64,000 nucleotides of DNA from Candidatus Aenigmatarchaeota archaeon (GTDB lineage: Archaea; Aenigmatarchaeota; Aenigmatarchaeia; QMZP01; QMZT01). Positions 24,810 to 34,996 of this stretch are shown one piece after another. Numbering within the stretch: position 1 is the first letter of the stretch; the number at the start of each line of letters is the position of its first letter. The stretch is from assembly GCA_011772645.1 (NCBI GenBank), contig WVZE01000036.1, positions 48,726 through 112,725 of the forward strand, in the 5' to 3' direction. A program made the translations under genes and the position numbers. Under the pieces are notes generated by a model, which was given only the letters and a program-made list of their open reading frames with translations, had not been told where the DNA came from and did not search any database.

Positions 24810-26144
24810 ATGGTCTTGGACAAACTTGGATCGGGCCTGAAGGAGACGTTCCGCAGGATCGCGGGCCTGGGGATCGTGGACAAGGAGGCAGTGGAAAGGA
24901 TAGTTCGCGACCTGCAGAGAACGCTGATCCAGTCGGACGTGGACGTCCAGATAGTTCTCGGAATGTCGCAGAACATAAAGAACAAGGTTCTTAAGGAAAA
25001 ACCTCCCAAGGGGATGACGATCAAGGAGTATTTCGTGAAGACGCTCTATGATGAGATCATTAATCTTTTGGGCAGGGAGAAGGGTAAGCTCGGACTGAAG
25101 CCCTCCAGGATCCTTCTGATAGGCCTGTTCGGCTGCGGGAAGACAACGACCTGCGGGAAGCTCGCGCTCTGGTTCAAGAAACGGGGTCTGTCCACCGCGC
25201 TGGTTGCCTGCGACACGCACAGGGCAGCGGCGCAGGACCAGCTCAAACAGATAGGGAAGAAGCTTGATGTTAACGTCTACTCCGAAGGGAAGAAGCCAGA
25301 GGACATCGCAAAAAACGCGGTTAAAAAAGCAAAGGAAAACGTCCTGATCTTCGATTCCGCGGGAAGGGACGCTCTGGACAGGGGATTGGCGAAGGAATTG
25401 AAAAACCTGGGTAAGATCATAAAACCGGATGAGGTTTTCCTCGTGATCCCGGCGGACATAGGCCAGGCAGCCAGGAAGCAATCCGAGGAATTCAACAAGA
25501 TGGTGGGGATAACGGGCCTGATAGTGACGAAACTTGACGGGACAGCGAAAGGGGGAGGAGCTCTCGCTGCCTCGAGCGTTTCAGGATCGAACGTACTCAT
25601 GATAGGGGTGGGGGAGAAGCTTGAGAACTTCGAGGAGTACGACCCCCAGAGGTTCGTCTCGAGACTGATAGGTTACGGGGACATACAGGGACTGCTCGAG
25701 AAGGCGAAGGAGGCAGGGGCGGAAGAGACCGCGAAGAAGTTAATGGAAGGGAAATTCACGCTCAACGAATTCTACGAGCAGTTGGGTTCCCTCCAGAAAA
25801 TGGGCTCGCTCTCGAGCATGATGAACATGATCCCGGGCTTGTCCGGGGGGGCGCTCGCGAAAAAACTCCCGAAGGACTTCCTCGATGTGCAGGAGGACAA
25901 GATGAAGAGATGGAAGTTCATAATCGATTCCATGACCCCGGGGGAGAGGGAGGAACCTGACGTGATAAAGCAGTCAAGGGTCCAGAGGATCGCGAAGGGT
26001 TCGGGGACGACCCAGGCAGAAGTGAGGGAACTTCTTAAGAACTACAGGCAGATAAAGAAGGTCCTGAAGATGACCGGCGGGGGGAAGGCTTTCAAGAGAG
26101 GACCGCTGGCGAAGCTCGCGAAGCAGTTCGGGCTTGGAGCATGA
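24810..26144 (+). CDS. srp54: Signal recognition particle protein SRP54
   Basis: GLFGCGKTTT, DTHRAAA, DSAGR, TKLDGTAKGGGA, M domain IIDSMT..RIAKGSGT. Confidence 0.97.
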   Translation: MVLDKLGSGLKETFRRIAGLGIVDKEAVERIVRDLQRTLIQSDVDVQIVLGMSQNIKNKVLKEKPPKGMTIKEYFVKTLYDEIINLLGREKGKLGLKPSRILLIGLFGCGKTTTCGKLALWFKKRGLSTALVACDTHRAAAQDQLKQIGKKLDVNVYSEGKKPEDIAKNAVKKAKENVLIFDSAGRDALDRGLAKELKNLGKIIKPDEVFLVIPADIGQAARKQSEEFNKMVGITGLIVTKLDGTAKGGGALAASSVSGSNVLMIGVGEKLENFEEYDPQRFVSRLIGYGDIQGLLEKAKEAGAEETAKKLMEGKFTLNEFYEQLGSLQKMGSLSSMMNMIPGLSGGALAKKLPKDFLDVQEDKMKRWKFIIDSMTPGEREEPDVIKQSRVQRIAKGSGTTQAEVRELLKNYRQIKKVLKMTGGGKAFKRGPLAKLAKQFGLGA

Positions 26145-26204
26145 TTCGCTTTCTACCGAAAGAAATCATAACTTATATAAGAGATGCGAGCGAATTATTA
26201 ATTA

Positions 26205-29200
26205 ATGAAAAGAATCCTAATCCCGGCTTTGATATTCATCTTCATTTTTATTTCCTTCTCCAACCCCGCAGTCGCACCATACAACCAGACAAATCAAACC
26301 GCTAACTGCACGAATTACTTCGATGGGATATGCCCGGCCCAGTGCTCTGTTGATATTGATGCGGACTGCTGTTTTCAAGGAGGAAAATGCTGGGTTGGAG
26401 AGGAATGTTTTATCTGCATGACCTGCACTGATACCGATGGGGGTAAGGATTACTATGTTAGGGGGGATGTAAGCTATTGTGATTGGATCACTGAAGAAGA
26501 GCCTGGTTCTGGTGTTCCGGTTGGATGTGCACTGCATAGTGATGTGTGTAAAGATGGTGATGTAGTTTTGGAATATTATTGCCAAGAGGGATTAATCGTT
26601 GGAGTGGTCCATGCCTCAAAATTGAAAGCGGAAGATTACGTATGCCCTTACGGATGCGAGGATGGCGTGTGCGTTACAATCGATCATTGTTCCAACGGGG
26701 TGAAGGATGCGGATGAGGATGGGGTGGACTGCGGCGGGGTGGATTGCCATCCCTGTAAAATATGCGGTAACGGGGTGTGCGAAATAGGGGAGACCTGGGA
26801 GAACTGCCCCCAGGACTGCGAGATGCCGAAATGTCCTGCTTATATCGATCTGGCCTTCAACAAGTACGAATACTACCCGGGAGATTATTTCGAGGTCCTG
26901 GTCAAGATTTATGACGTAAACGAGAATCCTTTCCCTAACCAGGTTTTCAGCATGCACAACGAGAGGGAGGGTTCGACATCGGAATTCTACACTGATCCGA
27001 CCGGGATCTACAAATCAGTCTCAACCGTACCATCCGATCCCAAATACGCGGGGGAATGGACATTCTCAGCCTCCGTGAACAAGGAAAACTGTCATTACAT
27101 CTCGGAGAGGGAGAGCTTTTACATAAAGATTTCAGATGAGTGCGGCGACGGTTTCTGCAGCCAGCATGAAAGGGAATTGATATGCGAGACGGTTTGTTAC
27201 GGGGTTCAATCTTCCGGGGGTGCGACCACGGGCGTGACGGGCGCCATTACGGCGTATCCGGAGACAATGATAGCCCCTACCTATGTGGAACCGATAAGTT
27301 GCGTAAGCTATTGTCATGTTAAATGCCAGAGGGATTGCACTCCGAACTGCGGGAACGGGGTGTGCGATATGGAGGTTTGTGAAAGGGAAGGTTGTCCGAT
27401 ACCTGAAAGCGAGGAGAACTGTCCCCAGGATTGCAGGAAACCGAACTACTGCGGTTCGCGTTCAAGGGATCCCAATTGTGTATGCAAGGAGGGCTACAGG
27501 AAGGAAATCTTTGAAGAGCCTTGCTTTGAAGATTATGTAGGGGGGGATGGAGTTATTCAGCCCACAACAGGAATGGTGACAGGAACTCTAAAAGAAATGG
27601 AATGTCCTGTGGAAGAAGTTTTATGTGCAGAAGGATCTGTTGTCAGATCTTATATTGGCAAAGACGGATGCGAACACAAAGCTTGTGTTTCGCCTGAATG
27701 TCCAGTAGAAGAAGTCTTGTGTGAAGTGGGATCTAAAAGATATTCTTATATAGGTGGTGACGGATGCATACATACTACATGTTTTATTGTAAAGTGCGCA
27801 AAGGAAGGGGAATACACGAGCGGGCCTGTTTCCCCTGAATATCAGTATGGTTGCTGTGAGGGTCTGAAAGGATTTAACACGCATCCTGATCTTGTGGGTA
27901 GCGGACTTCTCTGTTATGACCCGAATAAGGGAACCCCTGTCTGCAAACACGAAGGGACGGAATCGGAGGGTTGGTATTATTCCGGAACAGGCGATCTGCT
28001 GGTGTATGAGGATTGCCACAGGGAACAAAGGATGTGCAGGTATTACAGGTGCGTTCCGGCCTACAAGTACATTTACCTTCACACCGACAAGTACGCGTAC
28101 AACATCAATGAACGGGTTGAGATATCCACAAACCCGTTCGAAACCGGAAATCTCGAGGTGGAGCGGATCGAGGTAAGTGTGAAGAAACCCTACGGCGAAT
28201 CCGAGGTCGTGACACTGAGCGCTGTCTGCGAAACAGAGGATATCTGTCCGTTATGCCAGGTTGGGCAGTACTGTCCCCCGTGCAAAACTCACACCGCCTG
28301 CAGATACACGGGGACGTTCGCGGGGACGGACGAGGTCGGTGTTTACCACGTAGGACCGCTTCAGGAGGTAACGGATCTGGTAATCAATCCCGTTTCCTTC
28401 AGGGTTTACGATTACTCCCTGCTGGGGAAATACCTCATACTCAGGGACATAGATGGTTACATATACAGGGATGCGAAGTTGAGCCCGGGACCTGAAAACG
28501 TTATGGGTTACATGGCGAACTACTTTAAGGACGGGAAGGACTATGTAGTTATAGTGGCTGATTTCGAGAACAGGGAGGATCTGGAGAAATTCCTGAGGAC
28601 GGTCTTCGGGCAATTCGCCCCGAGAGAGGAAAAGATAAACACATACTACATATACGTTTTCGATACCTACGGCCAGAAGATTTACGTGTGGACGCACAGG
28701 ACCTTCCTGATAGGCGTTACGGGTCACATGCCCGTTGCATTAAGGGCAGAAATGGTCAAGCCCGTTCCTGTTGAGATTCCGGTCAAGCCAGTCAGCGGAG
28801 CCATTCCCTTGGAGGAGGAGACGGTTTACGGGACGCCCCAGAAGGCTCCGGAATTTTTGACCGGGATGATTACCGGGATGCCCATCGCAGAGACCATACC
28901 CGTCTACTGCGGCATGGATTCGATATACCCGCAATGCATATGCAGGGCGGACGAGACCAAGGAGGAGTTCACGCCTCCCTGTATGGAAGGTGTGTGTGAA
29001 AGGCATTACAGATGTAAGCCGCCGCTTCCGAGAGAGCTCTTGGTCGCGTATCTCGATAAGTATCCGAGCGATATCAAGGCTACAGGGACGGAGTGCGAAC
29101 AGAAGGGAGGTCACTGCATTCATTCTGAAGGATTCTGCAAACCAGGATTCGAGGAGACGGGCTTCGCATGCAAGACTAACGCTGAGAAGTGCTGTGTGAA

Positions 29201-29510
29201 GGAAGTGGACAGGGACGACTTCCTGGAGATGGTTATGAAACTCGAGGGAATAAGGGTTAAAATGGACAGGCTGGAAAGAAGGGCGAGAGCACTTTCAGGT
29301 TATTACGATTCCGTCGGGGATGAGAACAGGTTTGAGAAGTTCAGTGATGTGGCAGGCATGTTCGCCCATGCGAAGCAGATGATTGATGACATAATTGCGA
29401 AGATAAGGGCAAACCTCAACAACCTGGAAGGGATAAGGAGCGAGGTGAAAGAGGACATAGAGGAGCTGAGAGCGTATATAAGCAGCATACTCGAGAGAAT
29501 GGTTTCGTGA
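26205..29510 (+). CDS. Large secreted Cys-rich modular protein with C-terminal helical domain
   Basis: Signal peptide; CTDTDGG, DEDGVDCGG, CGNGVCE..E...NCPQDC modules; no C-terminal TM. Confidence 0.85.
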   Translation: MKRILIPALIFIFIFISFSNPAVAPYNQTNQTANCTNYFDGICPAQCSVDIDADCCFQGGKCWVGEECFICMTCTDTDGGKDYYVRGDVSYCDWITEEEPGSGVPVGCALHSDVCKDGDVVLEYYCQEGLIVGVVHASKLKAEDYVCPYGCEDGVCVTIDHCSNGVKDADEDGVDCGGVDCHPCKICGNGVCEIGETWENCPQDCEMPKCPAYIDLAFNKYEYYPGDYFEVLVKIYDVNENPFPNQVFSMHNEREGSTSEFYTDPTGIYKSVSTVPSDPKYAGEWTFSASVNKENCHYISERESFYIKISDECGDGFCSQHERELICETVCYGVQSSGGATTGVTGAITAYPETMIAPTYVEPISCVSYCHVKCQRDCTPNCGNGVCDMEVCEREGCPIPESEENCPQDCRKPNYCGSRSRDPNCVCKEGYRKEIFEEPCFEDYVGGDGVIQPTTGMVTGTLKEMECPVEEVLCAEGSVVRSYIGKDGCEHKACVSPECPVEEVLCEVGSKRYSYIGGDGCIHTTCFIVKCAKEGEYTSGPVSPEYQYGCCEGLKGFNTHPDLVGSGLLCYDPNKGTPVCKHEGTESEGWYYSGTGDLLVYEDCHREQRMCRYYRCVPAYKYIYLHTDKYAYNINERVEISTNPFETGNLEVERIEVSVKKPYGESEVVTLSAVCETEDICPLCQVGQYCPPCKTHTACRYTGTFAGTDEVGVYHVGPLQEVTDLVINPVSFRVYDYSLLGKYLILRDIDGYIYRDAKLSPGPENVMGYMANYFKDGKDYVVIVADFENREDLEKFLRTVFGQFAPREEKINTYYIYVFDTYGQKIYVWTHRTFLIGVTGHMPVALRAEMVKPVPVEIPVKPVSGAIPLEEETVYGTPQKAPEFLTGMITGMPIAETIPVYCGMDSIYPQCICRADETKEEFTPPCMEGVCERHYRCKPPLPRELLVAYLDKYPSDIKATGTECEQKGGHCIHSEGFCKPGFEETGFACKTNAEKCCVKEVDRDDFLEMVMKLEGIRVKMDRLERRARALSGYYDSVGDENRFEKFSDVAGMFAHAKQMIDDIIAKIRANLNNLEGIRSEVKEDIEELRAYISSILERMVS

Positions 29511-29523
29511 TAGGAGGGATTGA

Positions 29524-29778
29524 ATGGTGGAAAACATCTACGATGAGATGGAAAGCAGAGAGGGAGGCGTGAGCAGAAGGAAGGCGTACGCCCTGGTTTT
29601 TATCATAATTATTCTGGTGGGAGCCGTGGGGTTCCTCCTTTACGCGGGTTATGACGGTGTGTTACCCCTGGTGGAAAGGGTGACGAACGCGGAACAGGCT
29701 TCCAACACGCTTTCTGAGCTCGGGAACGATCTGAGCGGAATCTCGGATGATTTAAAGGATATGGAGAATATTCTTTGA
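29524..29778 (+). CDS. Small single-TM hypothetical protein
   Basis: SD AGGAGG; one TM helix. Confidence 0.7.
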   Translation: MVENIYDEMESREGGVSRRKAYALVFIIIILVGAVGFLLYAGYDGVLPLVERVTNAEQASNTLSELGNDLSGISDDLKDMENIL

Positions 29779-29814
29779 CAAACGGATTTATAGGAATTCA
29801 GGGAATTATTAATT

Positions 29815-30282
29815 ATGGAAAAACCCAACCAGAAACCCCCGGCCAAAAAATTAACCAAGCATGAAATAGCAAAAAAGATAGTAAAGGAAGATGAGAAGCA
29901 GCAGGTTCTGAAGGAAATCATGAGGGGCACCAAGCAGAGAACGTTCGGCCAGAAATCAGCTGACTGGATGACAGAATGGGTGGGCAGCTGGACGTTCATA
30001 GTTCTTCTTTTCATATTCATGGCGATATGGATGACACTGAACATCTACATGGTGATCTACAGGTGGGATCCGTATCCCTTCATTCTTTTGAACTTCGTGC
30101 TTTCCTGCCTGGCTGCGATACAGGCCCCGATAATACTGATGAGCCAGAAAAGACAAACGGACAGGGACAGGGTAAAGGCTGAGCACGATTACAGGATCAA
30201 CCGGAAGGCAGAGCTTGAAATCGAGGATATGCAGAAGGACCTGGAGATAATAAAGCAGCTGATAAGAGGGACGAAGAAGTGA
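29815..30282 (+). CDS. DUF1003 membrane protein
   Basis: RTFGQKSAD..VGSWTFI, DPYPFILLN..LS.LAAIQAPIILMSQ. Confidence 0.92.
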   Translation: MEKPNQKPPAKKLTKHEIAKKIVKEDEKQQVLKEIMRGTKQRTFGQKSADWMTEWVGSWTFIVLLFIFMAIWMTLNIYMVIYRWDPYPFILLNFVLSCLAAIQAPIILMSQKRQTDRDRVKAEHDYRINRKAELEIEDMQKDLEIIKQLIRGTKK

Positions 30283-30283
30283 A

Positions 30284-32152
30284 TCACACCATAACCTTCA
30301 GATTCTTTGAACTGATCGCGCGCAGAACCTTACTTCCCTCTTCCGAGCGCTTGCGAATTCGGATGTAGCCGTTCTTCCCCACCACTGGGGAAAACAAATA
30401 CTCGTCCCCCGAATAGATATCAACCTGCTGTCCGGTGAATTTCTTCTCGACCTTTATGTTGAAATACGCTCCCTTCTCCCCCACAAGGTGCTTTATCTCC
30501 TCCCTCCGGGTCTTCTCTATCGGCTCCGCGGGTGTCTTCATTCCTGTCTTCTTCTCGATCTCCTCTATCGGCTCCACGGATATCTTCATTCCTGTCTTCT
30601 TCTCGATCTCCTCTATGGTTTTTCCCCTTCTGCCGATTATCTTGGGTATTACATCGTTCCTTACCTTCAGGACTATTCTGTTGTCCGACAGGAATTCTAC
30701 CTTGGGGTTTCTGTCGTATCTGCTGATCTCTTCCTCTATGGTTTTCGTTGCGAGTCTTCTCAGGGGGGTTTCCTTGGGTTTTTCCACCTGGATTATCACG
30801 TTTTCCTCCCCGAAGGTGTAGATTTCGTATTCGAGTTTTTTGGTCTCGAAATCCCTCACCTCTACAACAGGCCTTGCGAGGTCCTGCTCGGTCATGCCTG
30901 TCGGGACCTTCACTGTGAGGCCTATGGTGTAGGTTTTCTCGATATTCCCGTTCTTTATGTAGATAACGGTGTCTATAACGTGCGGGATCATTCCGAGTTC
31001 TATCCTTCCTATGAACCTCTGGATCGCTGAGATCAGGTCCGTGGAGTGGACAACGCCGATCATCCCCACTCCGGCAAGCCTCATGTCAGCGAAAACGCGG
31101 AAATCCCGGGTCTTCCGGATCTCATCGAATATGGTGTAATCCGGCCTTACCAGGAGCAAAAGCTCGGCTGTTTTCTCCCAGTCGTTCTCCAGAGGAGCGT
31201 ATTGTGTGATCTCAGGGCCCACCTGCAAATCCCTGGGCTGCTCGAAGGTTTTCACTATCTTTCCCTTTTTTGAAAGGAACTCCGCGATGCTCGCGGCGAA
31301 CGTGGATTTCCCAGAACCCGGGGGCCCTGCTATCAGGACTCCCTGGTAACCGGAAACGATCATTTCCTCCAGCTGTTTGTGGAGCTTGTAATCAGCGAGG
31401 GAGAGCTTCACAATGGGTCTCACCGCCGTGACTTCCGTGCCAGATGAGAACGGAGGTCTTGTGATCGAGATCCTGTATCTCCCCATCTGCACGACCATCG
31501 CCCCATGCTTTCCTATCTCGATAAATGAGCTGGGGTCCTTGTGGGTCTTCGAGAGTATCTCGTAAATTATGGATTTCAGCTCGTTATCCTCTATCGACTT
31601 GTCCCTGAGGTTTACGAGCTTCACGTCACCGGGTTTACCGCGTTTTGCATAAGGCTTCACACCGACCTTCAAGTGAACGGATTGCGTGTCGGGCGTGAAG
31701 AATTCCTCCAGTTTTATCTTCCTGCCTTTGATGTCAAAGGGGACGTACCAGATGGAAACATCCTCCGCCTCCCCAACCAGAGCCTGGACGTAATCGCTCG
31801 TCAGGAGAGTCGCATGTTCCTTGACAGCAAAATCCCTTATCAACGCGTCGATCCTCCCCTTCTTCGCGAGGTTTATGTCCTCCTGGGTAGGTCTCGTACC
31901 GTCGAAACTCAGGCTTATCTTATGCTTGTCACAGAGTTTTCTTATCTTCTTTATCTCATCCAGCCCACGGAATCCCGTGTCCTTTCCCCGGGAAGCCTGA
32001 GCCTGAAGCTCATCTATCACTATCCTTGGTATGATTATTTTAGAGTGGTCCAGCTTCCCTTTTTCTACAAGTTCCGTGAGCTTCTTGTTTATCAGGACAG
32101 AAGTATCAGGAACTATCTTTTTATCGTTTTTCTTCTTTATTCTTTCTATCAT
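30284..32152 (-). CDS. PIN-domain ATPase with KH domain (PINA family)
   Basis: VPDTS PIN start, GPPGSGKST, LLLVRPDYTIFDEIRKTRDF, GRIELGMIP, KH IIGRRG. Confidence 0.93.
   Translation of the reverse strand: MIERIKKKNDKKIVPDTSVLINKKLTELVEKGKLDHSKIIIPRIVIDELQAQASRGKDTGFRGLDEIKKIRKLCDKHKISLSFDGTRPTQEDINLAKKGRIDALIRDFAVKEHATLLTSDYVQALVGEAEDVSIWYVPFDIKGRKIKLEEFFTPDTQSVHLKVGVKPYAKRGKPGDVKLVNLRDKSIEDNELKSIIYEILSKTHKDPSSFIEIGKHGAMVVQMGRYRISITRPPFSSGTEVTAVRPIVKLSLADYKLHKQLEEMIVSGYQGVLIAGPPGSGKSTFAASIAEFLSKKGKIVKTFEQPRDLQVGPEITQYAPLENDWEKTAELLLLVRPDYTIFDEIRKTRDFRVFADMRLAGVGMIGVVHSTDLISAIQRFIGRIELGMIPHVIDTVIYIKNGNIEKTYTIGLTVKVPTGMTEQDLARPVVEVRDFETKKLEYEIYTFGEENVIIQVEKPKETPLRRLATKTIEEEISRYDRNPKVEFLSDNRIVLKVRNDVIPKIIGRRGKTIEEIEKKTGMKISVEPIEEIEKKTGMKTPAEPIEKTRREEIKHLVGEKGAYFNIKVEKKFTGQQVDIYSGDEYLFSPVVGKNGYIRIRKRSEEGSKVLRAISSKNLKVMV
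30515..30616. repeat. In-frame 48-bp tandem duplication in the PINA gene
   Basis: 30515-30562 vs 30563-30610 with 3 mismatches; encodes IEEIEKKTGMK(ISV/TPA)EP twice. Confidence 0.92.
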
Positions 32153-32263
32153 TTTATCACCTATGTTTGATAACTTCAAAGAAGTAATCTTTGAATATCA
32201 TTTTAAATATCATTTTCATATTGATTAATTAATTAAGTGGACCGATGGCTTTAAAAATGCATA

Positions 32264-33553
32264 TCATCCGATATTTTTGGGAATTTCCCCCAATTTGAGC
32301 ATTTTTTCCTTCCCTGACCGCATGTCCCTGAGCTTCACTTTATTCCTCGCCAGCTCCTGCTTTCCGATAAAAATCACGTAAGGGATTCCCAAAGAATTGG
32401 CGTAATTCAGGTTGTTTGAGATCCCTCTCCCAAGCAAATCGATCTCTGTCTTTATTCCAAGCCCTCGGAGGGCTTTTGATATTTTGACCGAATCCTTCAG
32501 GGTCTGGATGGGTATCACCAGGATCTGCGTAACAGTTTTTTTCTTTTTCTTTCTTCTCTTCTCCTTCAGCGCTTCCAGCATGGGCTCGAAACCGAAAGAT
32601 ATCCCGGTCGCTGGGTATTCCCCCCTTCCGATAAACATCCCTATCATCTTATCGTATCTCCCTCCTCCAGCAACAGCGGATTTCACCTTCGATTTCTTCA
32701 GGTAAACCTCGTACACAGGACCCGTGTAGTATTCGAGCCCCCGAGCGAGGGAGATGTCTATCTGTATTTCGAACCCCATCAGCTCGCAGTATCCGAGCAG
32801 TTCCTTCAGTTCGCTCACTCCCTCCTTCCCCTCCCCGCTCTTAATCATGCTTTCTGCTTTTTTGAGAACATCCCTGTTCTTCCCCTTGATCTTTATGATC
32901 TTCATAACATTACCTATCTGTTTCCTTTCGAACCCCTTGGTTTCCATCTCATCCCTGACTGTTTTGATACCGAACTTCCCGAGCTTGTCCATAGAGAGGA
33001 TCGCGTCCATCTTGTTCTTCTTTATGCCCGCATAATCCAGTATCCCGTTCAGGAGCTTCCGGTTATTGACCCTTATCGCGACATCCAGGCCCAGCGTCCG
33101 GAAAACCTCGTATGTTATAGAAAGAATTTCAGCGTCCGCAAGCATGTTTTTCGTACCCACGATATCAACATCACCCTGCCAGAATTCCCGGTACCTTCCC
33201 AGTTTAACGGGCCCGTCCCTCCATACGGGCTGGATCTGGTAGCGCTTGAATGGTTTGGGAAGGTTCGGGTTCATTCCCACGACTTTGCACATCGGAACGG
33301 TGAGATCGTATCTCAGGGCGAGCTCTCTCCCTCCCTGATCCTTCATCCGGAATATCTCCTTGAGTATCTCGCTCCCTCCCGCGAACTTCGCCGAGAGAAC
33401 ATCGAACCTCTCGATCGTGGGGGTTTCGAGAGGGGAGTAACCGTATCTCTCGAATATCTTCCTGAGAGTCTCAATCACTTCCTGCCTGTCTATACCCTCC
33501 TCTGGCAAAAAGTCCCTCGTTCCCTTCGCGTTCATGAGTTTGAATTTCGCCAT
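32264..33553 (-). CDS. hisS: Histidine--tRNA ligase
   Basis: KGTRDF, LALRYDLTVP, GRYREFWQ.D, ARGLEYYTG, GGGRYD. Confidence 0.97.
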   Translation of the reverse strand: MAKFKLMNAKGTRDFLPEEGIDRQEVIETLRKIFERYGYSPLETPTIERFDVLSAKFAGGSEILKEIFRMKDQGGRELALRYDLTVPMCKVVGMNPNLPKPFKRYQIQPVWRDGPVKLGRYREFWQGDVDIVGTKNMLADAEILSITYEVFRTLGLDVAIRVNNRKLLNGILDYAGIKKNKMDAILSMDKLGKFGIKTVRDEMETKGFERKQIGNVMKIIKIKGKNRDVLKKAESMIKSGEGKEGVSELKELLGYCELMGFEIQIDISLARGLEYYTGPVYEVYLKKSKVKSAVAGGGRYDKMIGMFIGRGEYPATGISFGFEPMLEALKEKRRKKKKKTVTQILVIPIQTLKDSVKISKALRGLGIKTEIDLLGRGISNNLNYANSLGIPYVIFIGKQELARNKVKLRDMRSGKEKMLKLGEIPKNIG

Positions 33554-33592
33554 TTCTATCACTTTATTATTTGGTTTAGCTGTTATTATAGA

Positions 33593-34996
33593 TTAGTGGC
33601 CCATACTGGGTTTCCAGAATTGTGCTTCATTTTTCTGTTTCATTGATTTAACTGATTTTCCGCAAAGACTCTCGAAAAATAAATCTTCTTCCCCATATTT
33701 TTTAATCGCCTTTCTGGCTTCTGTTTCAAGTTCCTTTACCAGGTCATCTCCGCAAAGAGTGATCTTAGGTCCGGCCATTATAAATCTGAGGCCGGTATTC
33801 TTATCGCCTTCGTTTCTCAATCTCCAAACATACTTATCTTCTCCAGATGCATTTTTCTCATTGGTAGATGTTTCTATTGCTATTATCCAGGGGTCATCCA
33901 ATGTGAAATATTTCATCACATAGGCAAGATCACCTACCTTTTTTTGTATACTTTCGATCTCACGGCAATATATTTTGTAACTTTTAAAATAAAATTCTGT
34001 GTCATATCCTCTGTTAATTCTTTCTGCCTCCTCGAATGCTCTAAGCAATTTACGTTCTAAATCTCTTCCTCCTGCCCTTTCGAATAGGTCACCATTTTTC
34101 GTAATTATAACGGCATCAGTGTCTGATTCTTTTATTCCCATGCCTTCCGCCACGCTCCCGAAAATAAATGCCGCCTCGATCTCATCTCCTACAATTTTCC
34201 CAGTATCTTCCAGAATTTTATTTGCACTGACAATCCTTTTTGCAGATTCAACTGTAAGCATTCCATCACAATAAGTTAGAATATTATTCTTATTGATTCT
34301 TCTGTCATTTCGCAAATTCTTTATTTTTTCATTTAGCGCATTTTCACAGAAAACCTTTTCAAGCATTATTTTTTTATAAGGAGATAGTATGTTAATCAGG
34401 AAATCTGCAAGAATTTTGTTGCTTCTTTTTTCTCCAACAAAAGCTACAGATTCTATATCAATATTGCCGGGTTTTTTAACCAGGATAAGATTTAATATTT
34501 TTTCTGCGAGTTCAATGTCTTTTTCAGACCACACCGAAGAGGATGGTATTTCAAACTCTAAAAAATCTACATATCTACTGTAACAACCATTTCTTAAAGA
34601 CTTACCTAGATATGAATATTTATTTTCATTGAAATCCTTTTTCCATTTTATGAATTTATCATAATACCTGGATGTTCCTAAGAAATCTAAAATTTCCCAG
34701 CTTTTCCATATTGTTTCTATTGGAGGGAATTTTACCATGTTGCTTTTTGAGAAACAGTTTATATAGAAATTTCTTATTCTTTTGGCTATTTCCTTATCTG
34801 GCAATTCACTCCCAAATCTATATCCTCCAAACTTTTTGTTCTTTTCAATCCCGAATCGTGGCTCTTCTTCACCATAAATTATCAGATTATCGTTTACAAG
34901 AATTGCATCGCCTTTGTAGAACTTGTCCGGAATCTCATAAATTCTGTTGCCAAATCCTTTTATCGAATACTTCAATTCCGGAATGAACTGAATCAC
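33593..34996 (-). CDS. AT-rich protein containing a Pol-beta-family nucleotidyltransferase domain
   Basis: FIFGSVAEG....SDTDAVII motif; GTG start overlaps the upstream ORF stop (GTGA). Confidence 0.75.
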   Translation of the reverse strand: MIQFIPELKYSIKGFGNRIYEIPDKFYKGDAILVNDNLIIYGEEEPRFGIEKNKKFGGYRFGSELPDKEIAKRIRNFYINCFSKSNMVKFPPIETIWKSWEILDFLGTSRYYDKFIKWKKDFNENKYSYLGKSLRNGCYSRYVDFLEFEIPSSSVWSEKDIELAEKILNLILVKKPGNIDIESVAFVGEKRSNKILADFLINILSPYKKIMLEKVFCENALNEKIKNLRNDRRINKNNILTYCDGMLTVESAKRIVSANKILEDTGKIVGDEIEAAFIFGSVAEGMGIKESDTDAVIITKNGDLFERAGGRDLERKLLRAFEEAERINRGYDTEFYFKSYKIYCREIESIQKKVGDLAYVMKYFTLDDPWIIAIETSTNEKNASGEDKYVWRLRNEGDKNTGLRFIMAGPKITLCGDDLVKELETEARKAIKKYGEEDLFFESLCGKSVKSMKQKNEAQFWKPSMGH

